Virus record (IMG/VR): IMGVR_UViG_3300045988_114464 | Coordinates: 1 to 64,000 of that record | Origin: a virus | Direction: 5' to 3' (one strand) | DNA length: 64,000 nt | Part shown: positions 1 through 7,020 of the stretch, one piece after another | Position numbering within the stretch: the stretch's first letter is position 1 | Layout: each line of letters starts with the position of its first letter | The notes under the pieces: generated by a model | The model's input: the letters and a program-made list of their open reading frames with translations, nothing else | What the model was told of the DNA's origin: nothing | Databases searched by the model: none | Translations under genes and position numbers: made by a program

Positions 1-135
1 ATCCATACTTAAAGAAACAAATTTCGGGACGTGAGAGAAAGTAATTTTTATTTCTTCGTTGCGGACTTCTGCTTCTTTGTATTCCGCAGTTAAGCCTTGC
101 GCTTGTAAAGGTTCTCCCATAATCTTTCCGTTCAT
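1..135 (-). CDS. type-B small paralog, N-terminal fragment (continues beyond window start)
   Basis: ATG at 135. MNGKIMGEPLQAQGLTAEYKEAEVRNEEIKITFSHVPKFVSLS aligns with the N-terminus of 9346..9669 (MNAKVMKEFVEQKNGLTAEY...SFSQAPSFVSLT). Confidence 0.6.
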   Translation of the reverse strand, partial: MNGKIMGEPLQAQGLTAEYKEAEVRNEEIKITFSHVPKFVSLSMD

Positions 136-232
136 CTACTCTGCCCCCCCCAAGTCTCATTGAGGTTTGCATATTATACATATTGCTCAAATCCTTTCTG
201 AGAGCAATGAGAAGGAGGTGAAGGATAAAAAG
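136..232 (-). promoter_or_regulatory. G-tract leader element A
   Basis: Gene sense reads TTGCTCTCA-gaaaggat-TTGAGCAA hairpin, then ATGTATAATATGCAAACCTCAATGAGACTT-G8-CAGAGTAG-ATG. The plus-strand C8 is at 144-151, and the G run ends 8 nt before the start at 135. Confidence 0.7.
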
Positions 233-562
233 TCAAGACAAAGTGCCTAATTCAAGATACTTAAAATAGGGCGAAATTGAATTATTATAATAGTTTGCAA
301 CCTTGAAATGTCCCTCTCCGAAATAAAAATTTACCGAAGGACTATTTTCGTCAAAGCTCCCAAACGGGAACTCCACTACTTCCTTAAAAACACTCACTTT
401 ACCAATCATTACGCTGTTGTCGGTCATCATCAGCTTAAAATATAAACTTGCATCTGTTGTTGCAATTTTTACAACTGAGCTACCTTCTGCTACATCTTGA
501 TGAATAGCACTCTTAAAATGAATTGTTCCTTCTACACCCTTACCAGTTACAATCCCATCCAT
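233..562 (-). CDS. type-A small paralog (MDGIVTGK...YLELGTLS)
   Basis: 109-aa ORF. It shares the family N-terminus M-N/D-G/A-I-V and the C-terminal LE.GTL motif with 8964..9323 and 30648..31043. Confidence 0.7.
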   Translation of the reverse strand: MDGIVTGKGVEGTIHFKSAIHQDVAEGSSVVKIATTDASLYFKLMMTDNSVMIGKVSVFKEVVEFPFGSFDENSPSVNFYFGEGHFKVANYYNNSISPYFKYLELGTLS

Positions 563-720
563 CAGCCGACACTTCCCTTCATGCCAGCCATCTCATTGCT
601 CATATTAAATTTTAGGAGAATGCTAACGCATTGCCCCCCCCAGTCGAAACTGAGGTTGACTGAATGTTAAACATAATGTTCTCCTTTTTGTGTAGTTATA
701 TTTGAGCAATGAGTAGAGGG
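563..720 (-). promoter_or_regulatory. G-tract leader element B with mini-ORF 612..674
   Basis: AAAAAGGAG-6nt-ATG mini-ORF encoding MFNIQSTSVSTGGGNALAFS. C8 at 634-641. Bracketed by the 11-bp inverted repeat CTCATTGCTCA (592-602) / TGAGCAATGAG (703-713). Confidence 0.8.
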
Positions 721-1065
721 TTATTCTAATAATCCAAAATCCACCGAGGAAATATACAAAGACAGATTATTATTGTTAAAACCCAGACCAACATTTTCTA
801 TTCCTTCATTATTAGTATAACTTATGCTAAACGAAGGAGACCAGTCGCCTGAACTATTTCTAAAAGTAAAATAATTAGTACCTCTTAAAGTTTCATACTT
901 AAAAATGCTAATTTGTCCATATAAATCAACGATTTTAACATATGGTGCAATCCTGTCTATAAGAAAGTTAATATGGAACGTATTTAACGCATCGTCTTTA
1001 TATGATTTTTTACTCATGAATGTCAAAGCATTAGCAGTAAATGGCTTATTAACAATCCCATTCAT
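721..1065 (-). CDS. type-A small paralog (MNGIVNKP...SSVDFGLLE)
   Basis: 114-aa ORF with the family N-terminus. KIVDLYG resembles HLKIVDIDG and FLKIVDKL in other members. Confidence 0.7.
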   Translation of the reverse strand: MNGIVNKPFTANALTFMSKKSYKDDALNTFHINFLIDRIAPYVKIVDLYGQISIFKYETLRGTNYFTFRNSSGDWSPSFSISYTNNEGIENVGLGFNNNNLSLYISSVDFGLLE

Positions 1066-1217
1066 ACAGTCACCTGCTTTCGGTGACTCACATTGCTCAA
1101 ATATTCAGTTGTTAGGGAGTTATTGCCCCCCCAAGTGAAGCATAAGTTCACTCAGAGAAAACTTGATACGCATGGTATCACTCCTTGTTGTTTAATTGAG
1201 CAACGTGTGTGATGTAA
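1066..1217 (-). promoter_or_regulatory. G-tract leader element C with mini-ORF 1120..1173
   Basis: CAAGGAG-7nt-ATG mini-ORF encoding MRIKFSLSELMLHLGGQ. C7 at 1126-1132. Inverted repeat TTGCTCAA 1093-1100 / TTGAGCAA 1196-1203. GTCACC-gaaagca-GGTGAC hairpin just before the main ATG. Confidence 0.8.
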
Positions 1218-1583
1218 TTAGGATTTTAGATAGATGGCACAGCCACCTTGATTATAACCGTCACTTCTGGTAACTCTTATAGTGTCTGAATCGGTATCAA
1301 TAGTAATTTCTGTAATAGAAATGCTATCAATATTATGAGATTCTTCAAAAGACAAACGAGTAAAAGTTTTTGAAATTTTATTTACTTCAAAAATTGCTAA
1401 ACCCCAATAATAATAATCATAATTATTAGAATACCCGCTCATTACAATCATTTTAGAAATATCGGGGCTATATTGTTGATAAGCTGGGGTTTCATCATTG
1501 TGCTTAAATGCTATTATATTAGCAATATTATCAGCCGATAAATCAATTCCGACTTCAGCCAGCTTATTCACAATCCCATTCAT
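1218..1583 (-). CDS. type-A small paralog (MNGIVNKL...)
   Basis: ATG at 1583 preceded by AAGGGGG; the track used a GTG one codon upstream. Family N-terminus. Confidence 0.7.
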   Translation of the reverse strand: MNGIVNKLAEVGIDLSADNIANIIAFKHNDETPAYQQYSPDISKMIVMSGYSNNYDYYYWGLAIFEVNKISKTFTRLSFEESHNIDSISITEITIDTDSDTIRVTRSDGYNQGGCAIYLKS

Positions 1584-1752
1584 CACATGACCCCCTTACT
1601 TGCGTATAGGAGGTTGCCAATCCTGTTGCTCAAAGGAAAGGCGTTAATGACCATTAGAAGGTCAGAAGAACGCCCCCCCAAGTTAAAGCGAAGGTTCATA
1701 AATTTGTTCTCCTTTGTTTAATTTTGAGCAACATTAGATGGGTTAGATTGAT
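1584..1752 (-). promoter_or_regulatory. G-tract leader element D with mini-ORF 1583..1699 (currently stop/start-coupled)
   Basis: CAAAGGAG-9nt-ATG 38-codon mini-ORF (MNLRFNLGGRSS...ASKGVM). Its TGA (1583-1585) overlaps the main ATG as TGATG. C7 at 1673-1679. Inverted repeat TTGCTCAAA 1626-1634 / TTTGAGCAA 1723-1731. Confidence 0.8.
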
Positions 1753-2142
1753 TTATCCAAACACATAATAATGAACATTTTTTATTTGAGGGCTTTGATT
1801 ATTCAAATGAAAAGTTATTTTATTGTTTGAATAATCATAGTTCAAATTTTCTATGTCTATAGAAGAATATCGCACATAAGTTGGGTTGTCACCATCATAT
1901 TCATAAAGTCTATATGAAAACCCCGAAGTTGAGTTGAGTGGAATGAATTGAACAAATTGCGCTCTAATTAGCATAGATGACGGATTTGGAATAACCACTA
2001 CTGCCATCACTTGTGCGTCTGTTGGTAATGATTGAAAATCAAAAATAGGAAGTGATACTTCATGAATGTTACTTGAATAACTACCTTCAAATGAAAAACA
2101 TTTGTTTTGATTTACAAGTACAGGATTCACGACACCGTTCAT
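1753..2142 (-). CDS. type-A small paralog (MNGVVNPV...)
   Basis: ATG at 2142 preceded by AAGGGGGTGG. Lies 19 nt downstream of the type-B ORF 2162..2329, the same B-then-A pairing seen at 9346/8964. Confidence 0.65.
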   Translation of the reverse strand: MNGVVNPVLVNQNKCFSFEGSYSSNIHEVSLPIFDFQSLPTDAQVMAVVVIPNPSSMLIRAQFVQFIPLNSTSGFSYRLYEYDGDNPTYVRYSSIDIENLNYDYSNNKITFHLNNQSPQIKNVHYYVFG

Positions 2143-2161
2143 CAAGCCACCCCCTTAGGAG

Positions 2162-2329
2162 TTAACCGAAAGCTGTTAAAATATATCGAGTGCTTGATTG
2201 AACACCGTATACATATGCACGAATATAGTTGTCTGTGTAAGTGTAGTAGATGTCTGAAACATTTCCTATTATCGAACCCATGAGTCCTTTCTGAACTTGT
2301 GCAGGTTCTTGAATAATCTTTCCATCCAT
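2162..2329 (-). CDS. type-B small paralog, short form (55 aa), not in ORF track
   Basis: MDGKIIQEPAQVQKGLMGS... resembles MNGKIMGEPLQAQGL (1..135) and MNAKVMKEFVEQKNGL (9346..9669). SD is GGGAGGTGG. The track instead lists an overlapping 2142..2372 ORF in another frame. Confidence 0.55.
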   Translation of the reverse strand: MDGKIIQEPAQVQKGLMGSIIGNVSDIYYTYTDNYIRAYVYGVQSSTRYILTAFG

Positions 2330-2443
2330 TAGTACGCCACCTCCCGATGTTGCTCAACCGAGAGGTAAGCATCGGTGGGCTTACTTGGCGTATGCCCCCC
2401 CCCAGTTGCGGGGAGTTTTAGTCTTAATCATATGTATTTCTCC
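2330..2443 (-). promoter_or_regulatory. G-tract leader element E with mini-ORF 2381..2431
   Basis: TAAGGAG-8nt-ATG mini-ORF encoding MIKTKTPRNWGGAYAK. C9 at 2395-2403. Only the downstream TTGAGCAA half of the repeat is present (plus-strand TTGCTCAA, about 2350-2357). Confidence 0.75.
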
Positions 2444-2872
2444 TTACATATTGTCTACAATTTCATGCATCTTATCTTCTAAATGAATTGCAACGAACGA
2501 TAGTAACGCCCACGCAAAGCAAAAGAATAGATTGCACTGTCCAAAAAAGAAGGTAAATGGTAAATGGCTGTAGTCCCACACACCCATGTGTAAGATATTG
2601 TTCAGCACTACACCAGTCAATCCTTCAAGAACCGTGATAACCACAGTTCCAATTACTACTTGTTGCCATTGCTTGAATTGGCGCTTTCCTTCGTTTAGCA
2701 GTCCTACAATGACGAAACATAAGCCGCCGAGAACTGCCATAGTCCAGTTGGTTGGTTTACCCTTCCAGATGGTTTCGATGGCGAAGTAAAGCATACCTCC
2801 CATCACACCAAACAGCGCATGAACAAGTATTGAATTTAGTTTATGCTTCATGCTCATAATAATATTCCCCAA
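2444..2872 (-). CDS. integral membrane protein
   Basis: Four hydrophobic segments: ALFGVMGGMLYFAI, MAVLGGLCFVIVGLL, VVIGTVVITVLEGLTGVVL, FFCFAWALLSFVAI. Confidence 0.6.
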   Translation of the reverse strand: MGNIIMSMKHKLNSILVHALFGVMGGMLYFAIETIWKGKPTNWTMAVLGGLCFVIVGLLNEGKRQFKQWQQVVIGTVVITVLEGLTGVVLNNILHMGVWDYSHLPFTFFFGQCNLFFCFAWALLSFVAIHLEDKMHEIVDNM

Positions 2873-3551
2873 ATAATTCTTTCGCTTTATTTTGATAAGC
2901 TATTGACGCTTCTTCAGGAGTGTCAAAACTTCCTAAATGATAAGTAATTTTATTATGAGTAATTATCGCAATATATCGAGAACCTTTCTTTTGCACCCCT
3001 GTAAAACCCGAAGTATTATCACTTCGTTTCTTGCGATTCCAGTCATTTTGTTGTAACGAACAAATTCTTAAATTAGCTTTACGATTATCAGAAGGGTTAT
3101 GGTTTATATGGTCTACAAATTCTTTACTGTTTGATGGCTTCATTATCATTCTATGTAACTGTTTGAATTGTGCATTCGAGTCACCTGTAATAACATAACC
3201 TTTATTATTCATTACCCAACAAAAATCTTTTATTAAATCATAATCTTCCAAATCAAAATAAAAGGGAATATTTTGTTGATTTGTATAACCGATTCCAAAA
3301 TCACCTGATAAATCGTATTTATTATAAAGTTTGTTCTTACTTCTTGCCAATTCTTTTCTAAGACAACCGCACGATTGTTTTGTACCATCTCTTAGATAAG
3401 CACCGTCAACAATAATGCCTTTTTTACCGCAAGAACAATCACATTCCCAACGTGAGCGTGATTGACCAGAAGGCAAATAACGGTTCGATACTCTTCTTAT
3501 GACTTTTAACCGATTAAAAGTCATACCTGTCAAATCTTTAACTTTACCCAT
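2841..3551 (-). CDS. HNH homing endonuclease with AP2-like DNA-binding domain
   Basis: HINHNPSDNRKANLRICSLQQN (HNH) and GFTGVQKKGSRYIAIITHNKITYHLGSFDTPEEASIAYQNKAKELFGEY (AP2-like). Cys cluster WECDCSCG...CGC. Paralog of 5829..6584. Confidence 0.75.
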   Translation of the reverse strand: MGKVKDLTGMTFNRLKVIRRVSNRYLPSGQSRSRWECDCSCGKKGIIVDGAYLRDGTKQSCGCLRKELARSKNKLYNKYDLSGDFGIGYTNQQNIPFYFDLEDYDLIKDFCWVMNNKGYVITGDSNAQFKQLHRMIMKPSNSKEFVDHINHNPSDNRKANLRICSLQQNDWNRKKRSDNTSGFTGVQKKGSRYIAIITHNKITYHLGSFDTPEEASIAYQNKAKELFGEYYYEHEA

Positions 3552-4233
3552 TTAGTTTAGTTAAAACAGCTTCAATTTGCGCTGAAGCAGAAGATAGAAT
3601 AGATTCATATTGTTCTTGATAATTTGAAGGCAGTTGTGTATTCAAAATAATTGAACGAATTGTTTCTTTATCTTTGCTTTCGTTGACCCACTTTTTTAGC
3701 AAATTACATTTAGTTGTTAGAGCAGTAATTTTTTGCTCCATTGCTACATAAAGCGATACAATATCAGCCTTTGGATAAATCGCACATTCCTTGCCGTCAG
3801 CGTGATAAGGATATTCCTCAACGCCCATAACAACTGCATTGAAGATGTTGCCAATATTGGCTTGGTCGTTTGCTGTTAGGCTGAAATGTTCATCGCCGTA
3901 AGAAGTCTTAACGTCAACGCCAGCATAAATAGTCTGCTCAGTAGCATCATTGAGTGACTTAATAGCTTCTGCACGAACTTCTTCGATAGTCGGTTCGTAT
4001 GGTGTTGGCTCAACTTCTTCGTCTACATTGATATGAACAGCGTTACCTGTACACTTCCATACCTTGTAATCAGCCTTTTCATATGCTACCAGTAGCTTGC
4101 CATCATCAGAAGTGAACATTAGTTCGTTACCAAGTTCAATATCGTGATTGCCGTTAAGATACATGGTACATACCTTATCGTTCAGCATACCAGTTACATT
4201 GTTATATGTCTTGCCATTAGTTAGTAGTTTCAT
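3544..4233 (-). CDS. hypothetical protein (tail-fibre-associated by position only)
   Basis: 229-aa ORF whose start overlaps the stop of 4233..4631. No motif recognised. Confidence 0.5.
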   Translation of the reverse strand: MKLLTNGKTYNNVTGMLNDKVCTMYLNGNHDIELGNELMFTSDDGKLLVAYEKADYKVWKCTGNAVHINVDEEVEPTPYEPTIEEVRAEAIKSLNDATEQTIYAGVDVKTSYGDEHFSLTANDQANIGNIFNAVVMGVEEYPYHADGKECAIYPKADIVSLYVAMEQKITALTTKCNLLKKWVNESKDKETIRSIILNTQLPSNYQEQYESILSSASAQIEAVLTKLNG

Positions 4234-4631
4234 TACTGCACCTCACCTACAACTTGAACAACAAACCCTGATTGTGGAGCAGAATTACCGCTTGTAGTAA
4301 GAGTTAGTGTGTTATTGCCTGTCTGACCATAATCTGCAAGCAGAGCGAACGCGGCTTTTTCATTTGCCGCTGTTGCTGAGTCAGAAGATGGTAGAAGATA
4401 AATGATTGGCTGATAGCGCATTGTTTCAGCAAGACCTTGAATAGTCTGCGTCTGCTTGTAAACACTGCCTTGCTGTGTCCAGCCAGCTTTCGTAAAGGTT
4501 GCAGTACCGAACACTGTTTTACCAACTTCAAGGTTGGTTCGTGCTCCCAGCGCCGTAGTAGCGCCAGTACCGCCATCGGGGATTGAAACTGGGGTGGAAA
4601 TGCCCTGTCCCAGTATACCGCCAAAACCCAT
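4233..4631 (-). CDS. short tail-fibre-like protein
   Basis: The N-terminal SIPDGGTGATTALGARTNLEV resembles the GGTGA.T...AR.NLG motif common at N-termini of phage tail-fibre proteins. Has its own consensus promoter. Confidence 0.45.
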   Translation of the reverse strand: MGFGGILGQGISTPVSIPDGGTGATTALGARTNLEVGKTVFGTATFTKAGWTQQGSVYKQTQTIQGLAETMRYQPIIYLLPSSDSATAANEKAAFALLADYGQTGNNTLTLTTSGNSAPQSGFVVQVVGEVQ

Positions 4632-4687
4632 ACTTTGTCACTTCCTTTTCTATAAATTTAGGCGAATCTCTCGCCTTTGATATTAGC

Positions 4688-4716
4688 ATTATACCACATC
4701 CTTATACACTTGTCAA
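4688..4716 (-). promoter_or_regulatory. sigma-70-type promoter
   Basis: Minus sense: TTGACA (4711-4716), 17 nt, TATAAT (4688-4693), upstream of 4233..4631. Confidence 0.7.
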
Positions 4717-4738
4717 GGGGTAAATTGTAAATAATTTG

Positions 4739-5878
4739 TTAATTATTCAGAATATCAATCGTCCGCGCTTCATACAGCTTTTGCCATGTCTGAAAATCGT
4801 GGTCTACTGCATTTTCCTTGCGCTCAAGCAGACCCAAGCTGTCCCACACAACATCAACTTGTGCAAGACCAGACCATAGTTCAGCTTGCTTCATAATTTT
4901 GTTGTTCCATTGCTCAAACTCTGCATCTGTACCGCCAGTAGCATCATTATCTACAATAAGGACAACATGATTAACGCCCAACTTTAGCAGTTGATTCCTA
5001 CGCTGTAAGCCAAGCTGTGAGCCAAACATAGCGACTGCCGTTGATTGTGAGCCAAGAAAACTATGCAATTTAAGCACAGCTTTCTCACTTTCGGCAATCA
5101 TTACAGTACCAGTACGCTCTATTTCATATTGGTTCTGTGCCAATCCATATAGAACCGCGTTAGTAGGGAACTTATAGATAGTGCCATCCAACAGTTGCAA
5201 AGGTCGATATTTACCATTTATTGCATTTTCACCCCAATACCTACAGCGAATCCCTACTAAATCATAGTTTTCATTAAACACAGGAATGGTCGTTCCCCAT
5301 TCTCGCCCATACCAACCGATACGAAACAAGGCTTGTGTTTCTTCACTTATACCCTCATCCACCCATGCTTGACACGGTGTATTGGGTATAGCGTCAAGAA
5401 TAGATGCGTCATAAGTTGGCAATAAACTACCGCCGTTTCGCACTGTAATGAACTTCTCAAGTCCAGACCAATCCGTGATATTGGGGTTGGCTACACGCTG
5501 AACTTGAGAAGATTCAATACCAGTAACGTCAAGAATGTAATTTACTGCGTCTACGAAAGAACAAGGTTGCTTTAGTAGAGATAATCGTGTTTGAACAAGA
5601 GAAATAATATCATAACTTCTTGATGCAGTATAACCACAATAAACATCAGTGTCTTTATAATAAACCAATTTTCCCGCTGACCCTTTATACGGGTCTACGT
5701 TTTTATCTCCTGTCCACCATTGAATTTCTGTTTTGTTTTCATAATACATTGGAATACCAAGAGATTTAAGAATTTTCTTATGGTTTTCACATGATAAAGA
5801 AGATTTTAATAATTTGGTATTTATCTTTTTATATCCCATATTCTTCAAACATAAAACTTTGTCCAGCAAAATCGCCAA
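4739..5878 (-). CDS. DNA primase (Toprim domain)
   Basis: MIAESEKAVLKL (Toprim Glu) and VVLIVDNDATGG (DxD). The start is uncertain; an alternative ATG at 5839 gives MGYKKINTK. Confidence 0.6.
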   Translation of the reverse strand: MAILLDKVLCLKNMGYKKINTKLLKSSLSCENHKKILKSLGIPMYYENKTEIQWWTGDKNVDPYKGSAGKLVYYKDTDVYCGYTASRSYDIISLVQTRLSLLKQPCSFVDAVNYILDVTGIESSQVQRVANPNITDWSGLEKFITVRNGGSLLPTYDASILDAIPNTPCQAWVDEGISEETQALFRIGWYGREWGTTIPVFNENYDLVGIRCRYWGENAINGKYRPLQLLDGTIYKFPTNAVLYGLAQNQYEIERTGTVMIAESEKAVLKLHSFLGSQSTAVAMFGSQLGLQRRNQLLKLGVNHVVLIVDNDATGGTDAEFEQWNNKIMKQAELWSGLAQVDVVWDSLGLLERKENAVDHDFQTWQKLYEARTIDILNN

Positions 5879-6584
5879 ACAATTCTTTTTCTTTTTTCAA
5901 TCTGGCAATTATAGCTTCTTCTTTTGTCTCATAATAACCCAAATTATAATATACTTTATCATATTCAATAAACGCGCCCCATTTATTGCAATTTTTATGA
6001 AAAAACACACCTATTATTCCCGATTTTCCTTGGGGTACTTTTCGATTCCAAGAATTTTCTTTAGGCAAGCATTTTCTTAAATTTTCTTTTTTGTTATTTT
6101 TTATGTTACCGTCTATGTGGTCAACAACAACTGATTCATTTGTAAGAGGAAAACTTTGTTTTTCAACTCCCATTACAAAACGATGAAAAGCTACTCTTTC
6201 ACCTTTGGTCAAAGAAAATAAATACCCATGACCATCTTCAGTCCAACAATAATCTTTAATTTTATTATAATCTTCATAATCAAAATAAAAAATATTGTTG
6301 CTATTGCTTGCGTATAAAAAACAATTATTTTTATCGGACAAATTATAAATATTATTTTTACGATGGTTTAATATTGTGCTTTCTTTCTGCAAGCATCCGC
6401 ATGATTGTGTAATTCCTTTTAATAAATTTCCAGAACTAATTTTTTTTATGGTGCGCTTTTCACAATCACATTGGCAAAGCCACATAGTCTTTTGTTGTCC
6501 TTTAGGGCTGACATAATTTTCCGCTCGTTCAAGAACTGTTAAACGTCCAAATTGTCGCCCAGTTAAATCCTTAAAATTACCCAT
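5829..6584 (-). CDS. HNH homing endonuclease with AP2-like domain (paralog of 2841..3551)
   Basis: VDHIDGNIKNNKKENLRKCLPKENS (HNH) and GIIGVFFHKNCNKWGAFIEYDKVYYNLGYYETKEEAIIARLKKEKELFG (AP2-like). N-terminus MGNFKDLTGRQFGRLTV parallels MGKVKDLTGMTFNRLKV. Confidence 0.75.
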   Translation of the reverse strand: MGNFKDLTGRQFGRLTVLERAENYVSPKGQQKTMWLCQCDCEKRTIKKISSGNLLKGITQSCGCLQKESTILNHRKNNIYNLSDKNNCFLYASNSNNIFYFDYEDYNKIKDYCWTEDGHGYLFSLTKGERVAFHRFVMGVEKQSFPLTNESVVVDHIDGNIKNNKKENLRKCLPKENSWNRKVPQGKSGIIGVFFHKNCNKWGAFIEYDKVYYNLGYYETKEEAIIARLKKEKELFGDFAGQSFMFEEYGI

Positions 6585-6603
6585 ATCAGCCCGTCTCCTT
6601 TAC

Positions 6604-7020
6604 TTACTCGATTTCTGCTTCGTAATATCCTGAGGCTACATAGAAGTGAATCCCATCGTCCGCGTTAATTGCAAACAGAATAGAATTGCCACAAGCGACA
6701 GACTTTAGTGATTCATCTGGGTGAGCAAGGAAATAATCAATGGCTTCACGAATCCAATCGTTAATCTCTTGGTCACTCTGCTGAACACCGCCATTAAAAT
6801 CATAAAAATCTTCTGGAAAACGCGGTGGGTTGTTCAGCGAGAATGTTTCTGCACAAAAACCATTACATTCAGGACAAATCACATATGCGTTGTTGTGAAT
6901 ATCGCGCTGTACATCATCACTATCGTACTCAAATTCACAACCACAAATAGGACAAGTTACACGCTTTGTTACAATTTCGCGTGCGGTACTCTTAGTATCA
7001 CCGTGCTTAATTACCTTCAT
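6604..7020 (-). CDS. zinc-ribbon protein
   Basis: CPICGC...CPECNG pairs. Start chosen at the ATG 6 nt after AGGAGG (MKVIKHGD). Confidence 0.55.
   Translation of the reverse strand: MKVIKHGDTKSTAREIVTKRVTCPICGCEFEYDSDDVQRDIHNNAYVICPECNGFCAETFSLNNPPRFPEDFYDFNGGVQQSDQEINDWIREAIDYFLAHPDESLKSVACGNSILFAINADDGIHFYVASGYYEAEIE

Noticed and set aside
2142-2372. Track ORF of 76 aa on the minus strand.
   Set aside because: It overlaps the better-supported 2162..2329 type-B paralog in another frame and runs across the leader element. It has no SD.
612-2431. Leader mini-ORFs read as double-glycine (bacteriocin-type) leader peptides, for example MRIKFSLSELMLHLGG.
   Set aside because: The Gly-Gly always comes from a pure G homopolymer of variable length. 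The peptides have almost no core after GG, and I saw no C39 peptidase or ABC exporter. Conservation therefore appears to be at the nucleotide level.
136-2443. The array read as an integron-like cassette array with attC sites, or as a CRISPR-like or shufflon array.
   Set aside because: The repeats lack the attC R'/R'' consensus (GTTRRRY). The spacers between them are full genes with SDs, all genes point the same way, and the recombinase gene is 13 kb away and looks XerC/D-like. I keep this only as an alternative under the inverted-repeat finding.
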